From assembly GCF_964204645.1 (NCBI RefSeq), contig NC_134028.1, forward strand, positions 1,426,001 to 1,490,000: 64,000 nt of DNA, in the 5' to 3' direction. Within the stretch, counting starts at the first letter, position 1, and every line of letters begins with the position of its first letter. The position numbers were made by a program, and so were the translations under genes. This document shows positions 61,301-64,000 of the stretch, one piece after another. Origin of the DNA: Tubulanus polymorphus (lineage: Eukaryota > Animalia > Nemertea). The notes beneath the pieces are model-generated. The model was not told the origin of the DNA, searched no databases, and saw only the letters and a list, made by a program, of their open reading frames with translations.

Positions 61301-63326
61301 TCCAATTCTTTGACGTCCTGTAACGATGTTAGATCTATCCTACCCTCGATGTGGTTGGCATCTTCATCTCTAGAGTCGCGATAATATTTCAGAATACTTC
61401 CACCGAGTACGAACCAATGTTTCGTCCATTCCTTTAACGCAGAACAGAATGAAAACTGATCGATTATCAAGACTAAAAATTAAAATCACCTTCTACGCAT
61501 GAGGACTGATATTTCTTTATATCAGGGCTGTGATTCAACATGTTTCTGTATTTAGCTGTTTACTACTAACCTGACTGTGTCTGTTCTGTTTGTACAACCA
61601 GCCTTTTTTCATGTAAGCGATATCCTGAATCAAACAAAAACAATAACATCGTACAAAAAATAAAATATGAGATAATTTTTTCGCTGCCTGTGAGAATCTT
61701 TATATGTTTCTACGAAGATGTTTAGTATTAATAACACTAACGTGATTTGTTGTATTTTTACAGTTAGTACTCACTTCATCGTTATCTGGAGAATGACGAG
61801 GTGAATGAGGCTCCTTCTACAAGAAAACATCGGTTTTATCAGATATCACTTTAAAATGTTTGCACGTTAAGAAGTTATTATACTTTCTTCACTTATCAGG
61901 GCGGCCACTCTTATTTAACTCGCTTTCCCCCTGACTATTCCCTGACACTATGTTGTTTTCTTTGATTTGATCTGCTAAGAATCCAATCAATTCACACAGT
62001 CAAATACGTACAACATGGACAAAAACTGTTTGATTTCAAATTCCCTGACTTTTCCCTGATTTTTAGATTTTTTATAAAATTCCTCAACTATTCCCTGTTT
62101 TCAGGTAAATGGCCACCCTGCTTGTAGAATGTAGTGAACAATGAATGTTACCTTTGATTTATTAGTAAATGCAGCGATTGACCCGGAGTCGACGGAGAAA
62201 CTGCGAATACCTCTGTTTTTCTCAGTAGTTCGACTCTTGTCTGATGCGTCTGCGCTCCTCACACGACTGTGACGATCGCTATTTGAACGTTTCATTCCTG
62301 TCAAATTCTCTAAATTCGCGATCTTCGAAAATCCGAAACGCGTTTGCACGACGATGTCGTTGTCGCTACTGGCAACGACGGAATTCCCCGCCGAGGAACG
62401 CGTCATCGGTAACGAACTGAATCGACCTCGCGAGTCACGACGCGTCGTCGCGTCAACCGCGTCCAGTCCGTCGTCCCATGATTTACGGATATCCGACGGT
62501 ACCGAGCTGACCGATTCCCCGCCATCCGTCCGTAAATCAGTAAAACTATTACTCTTACGTAAAGAATCCTGATATCCGCTGTCACTTTTATGTTTTAAAC
62601 TGCGTACGTTACGATAAGAAGTCGGTGTTGATGATTTTGCGGTACTTTTCATCGGGGACTGAGATTCGGACTCGCGCGATGATCCCGATTGTTGCGTATA
62701 TCCGACACCGGAATCACTGTTCAGTTTACGTCTCGTAGTGATATTACTTTTATCCTGCGTAGAATGATTATTAGTGATCGCAGTTTGTATATGGTTTGTG
62801 TGACAGCTGTCTAACCCTGTCTGATGACTGTCTAATCCTGTCTCGCTGATATTCCTAGTTTTAGGCGTAATAACCGATCGTGTAGATAAAGCACCCTAGA
62901 AATAAACGCACAATAAATACATAGGAAAATATGCTGTGATATTTCTCTAGCCCTACGTTAGCTCACAACAATGTCTGACATTTATTCTGATGATTTATGA
63001 ATTAGTCTTAGTGTTTGGTTGACTATAAATATATCTCATTGAATGAAGATAATAAACTGTGAACGGACGAGAAGCTACCGGTAACTGTCACCTATTTAAA
63101 ATGGTTTTTCCAAAAAAAAATGTCTTCAAGGAAACAGAGTGAAACCCGGGTCACTGGAATGAGTGTTGTTTCAGTCGCATTTGGAACACGTTTGTAGGTA
63201 AAATCGCTTGTAGGTAAAACCTGGATACTTACGGTAGATTCCGATCTCTGAACCGGTGTAGCCGGAAGAGTCCGTTTACGCTTTGTAGCGTTACTGCGAG
63301 GATACATGATCAGTACGTCGTACCAC
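52353..63326 (-). CDS. MPRIP: MPRIP/TRIOBP/outspread-family PH-domain and coiled-coil actin-associated protein, 5'-partial (~2150 aa in window)
   Basis: Phase-consistent exons: 63233-63326 (WYDVLIMYPRSN, end of PH1), 62152-62895, 61775-61816, 61571-61624 (YMKKGWLYKQ), 61270-61431 (WTKHWFVLGGSILKYYRDS...GRIDL...NYGF), 60158-60802 (YVLSAMTYGIRTNWLQAL), 59627-59695, 58790-58903 (VESLQGQLE), 54666-58415 (giant coiled-coil exon), 54019-54109, 52353-53041. The PH2 motifs match the MPRIP/TRIOBP/osp family; exact orthology is an inference. Confidence 0.8.
53899..53933 (-). ncRNA. Degenerate minimal hammerhead-like motif in an intron of the MPRIP-like gene
   Basis: Minus strand CUGAUGA-A-GC cacuaugcacuaaua GC-GAAAACUU; same layout as 5589-5623, but stems II and III are mutated. 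Confidence 0.35.
54187..54445. mobile_element. Second copy of the same element, in opposite orientation, 5-bp TSD (AAACT)
   Basis: CAGGATCCAATCTAAG ... CTTAGATCTGACCCTG; the internal sequence is the reverse complement of 51992-52258; AAACT on both sides. Confidence 0.85.
59141..59287. repeat. 23-bp minisatellite x~6
   Basis: Unit CCACAGAATTACAGATTACACTA. Confidence 0.95.
60937..61099. repeat. 49-bp inverted repeat enclosing a hammerhead-like core
   Basis: Arms 60937-60985 and 61051-61099 are complementary except at one position, which is a G-U pair in + strand RNA. Confidence 0.92.
60996..61029 (+). ncRNA. Minimal type-I hammerhead ribozyme-like motif
   Basis: CUGAUGA-U-GGCUA gcagguga UAGCC-GAAAC-GUC: intact core, 5-bp stem II, palindromic ACGU stem III, GUC cleavage triplet; stem I only 2 bp. 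Confidence 0.6.
61897..62120. mobile_element. CAGGG-ended non-autonomous DNA transposon (TTCCCTGA-rich family)
   Basis: TIR CAGGGCGGCCA / TGGCCACCCTG; flanks CTTAT/CTTGT (5-bp TSD with one mismatch). Related aattccctgatttt-rich fragments occur at ~41120-41400, 43915-44120 and 46610-46760. Confidence 0.7.
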
Positions 63327-64000
63327 CTAAAAACATCAATTTAAAAAAAAATTTCAGATTCTACTCGTTGATGAAACACTCTGAATTATAAAAATCCCCG
63401 ACTAAGAATGAAAAATAATGTCTGAAAAGTTTATTTGAGCAAGGATTGTATTCCTGAACATGACATAGTAGGATATAGTTAAATACACTACATTAGCAAC
63501 ACTACAATACACTAGCTCAAGGAAACATTTCAAACTTTCCATTTTTACTGTGCAATTTCTATATGATATTATATACATTTTGGACTATGTAACTGTAGGG
63601 GACTGTAGGTCTGGGTCCTTATGTCACTGTAGCATAGATTACGGTATATAATACCAGCATGTCTCAGATTGTCTAGAGTCAGGTTGGATAATTAGACGTA
63701 TTCTATTAATGACACGCTGAGTTTCGCGTATGCAATCATTAATTCATATTACGGGTCACAATCTATTTACTCATTAATACAAGATAAGTCGTATTTGATA
63801 TGAAAGTGAATTTGACAACAGAATGGATCGAGTTCTAATCTTATAACTCTTAGTAAATATATTAAATTAGTGCTAGTGAACTGATACACACTGGTATTCT
63901 TATACAGACTATCGGTACGTCAGAGTGACTGATTAGTGAAAGTGGGTTTCGATTCTTAGAAGCTTACTGGTAATTTGTAATTACCTCAGGGATTTACGCA

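Noticed and set aside
63985-64000. Possible upstream exon end of the MPRIP-like gene (donor AG|GTAATT)
   Set aside because: Phase-compatible, but only 16 nt are visible and the peptide does not clearly match the PH1 domain, so it was not included in the CDS.

Overview
AT-rich, intron-rich eukaryotic DNA, most likely from a bilaterian invertebrate (inference; the species cannot be fixed from sequence). Three conserved protein-coding genes were reconstructed by hand from GT-AG boundaries and reading-frame continuity. (1) The 3' half of CaMKII on the + strand, covering the variable linker with micro-exons and the association/hub domain, with its stop at 10812. (2) A complete GBF1 Sec7-domain Arf-GEF on the - strand: 35 coding exons, about 1888 aa, 34133-47942, plus a probable non-coding first exon and promoter near 50.3 kb. 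(3) A 5'-partial MPRIP/TRIOBP/outspread-like PH-domain and coiled-coil gene on the - strand with a 3.75-kb giant exon. The roughly 20 kb between CaMKII and GBF1 is an accessory zone. Its most striking feature is a 6.8-kb composite higher-order satellite in which 76-bp tRNA/SINE-like B-box monomers alternate with 14 copies of a ~180-nt near-perfect hairpin. The zone also holds a decayed ~340-bp array and inverted LINE relics. Across the window there are three minimal Penelope-type hammerhead-like motifs (two inside long palindromes), MITEs including CAGG-ended elements with 5-bp target-site duplications, and many minisatellites. No rRNA, intact tRNA, CRISPR array or intact transposase/RT ORF was seen. 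Most short ORFs in the track are exon fragments or noise.
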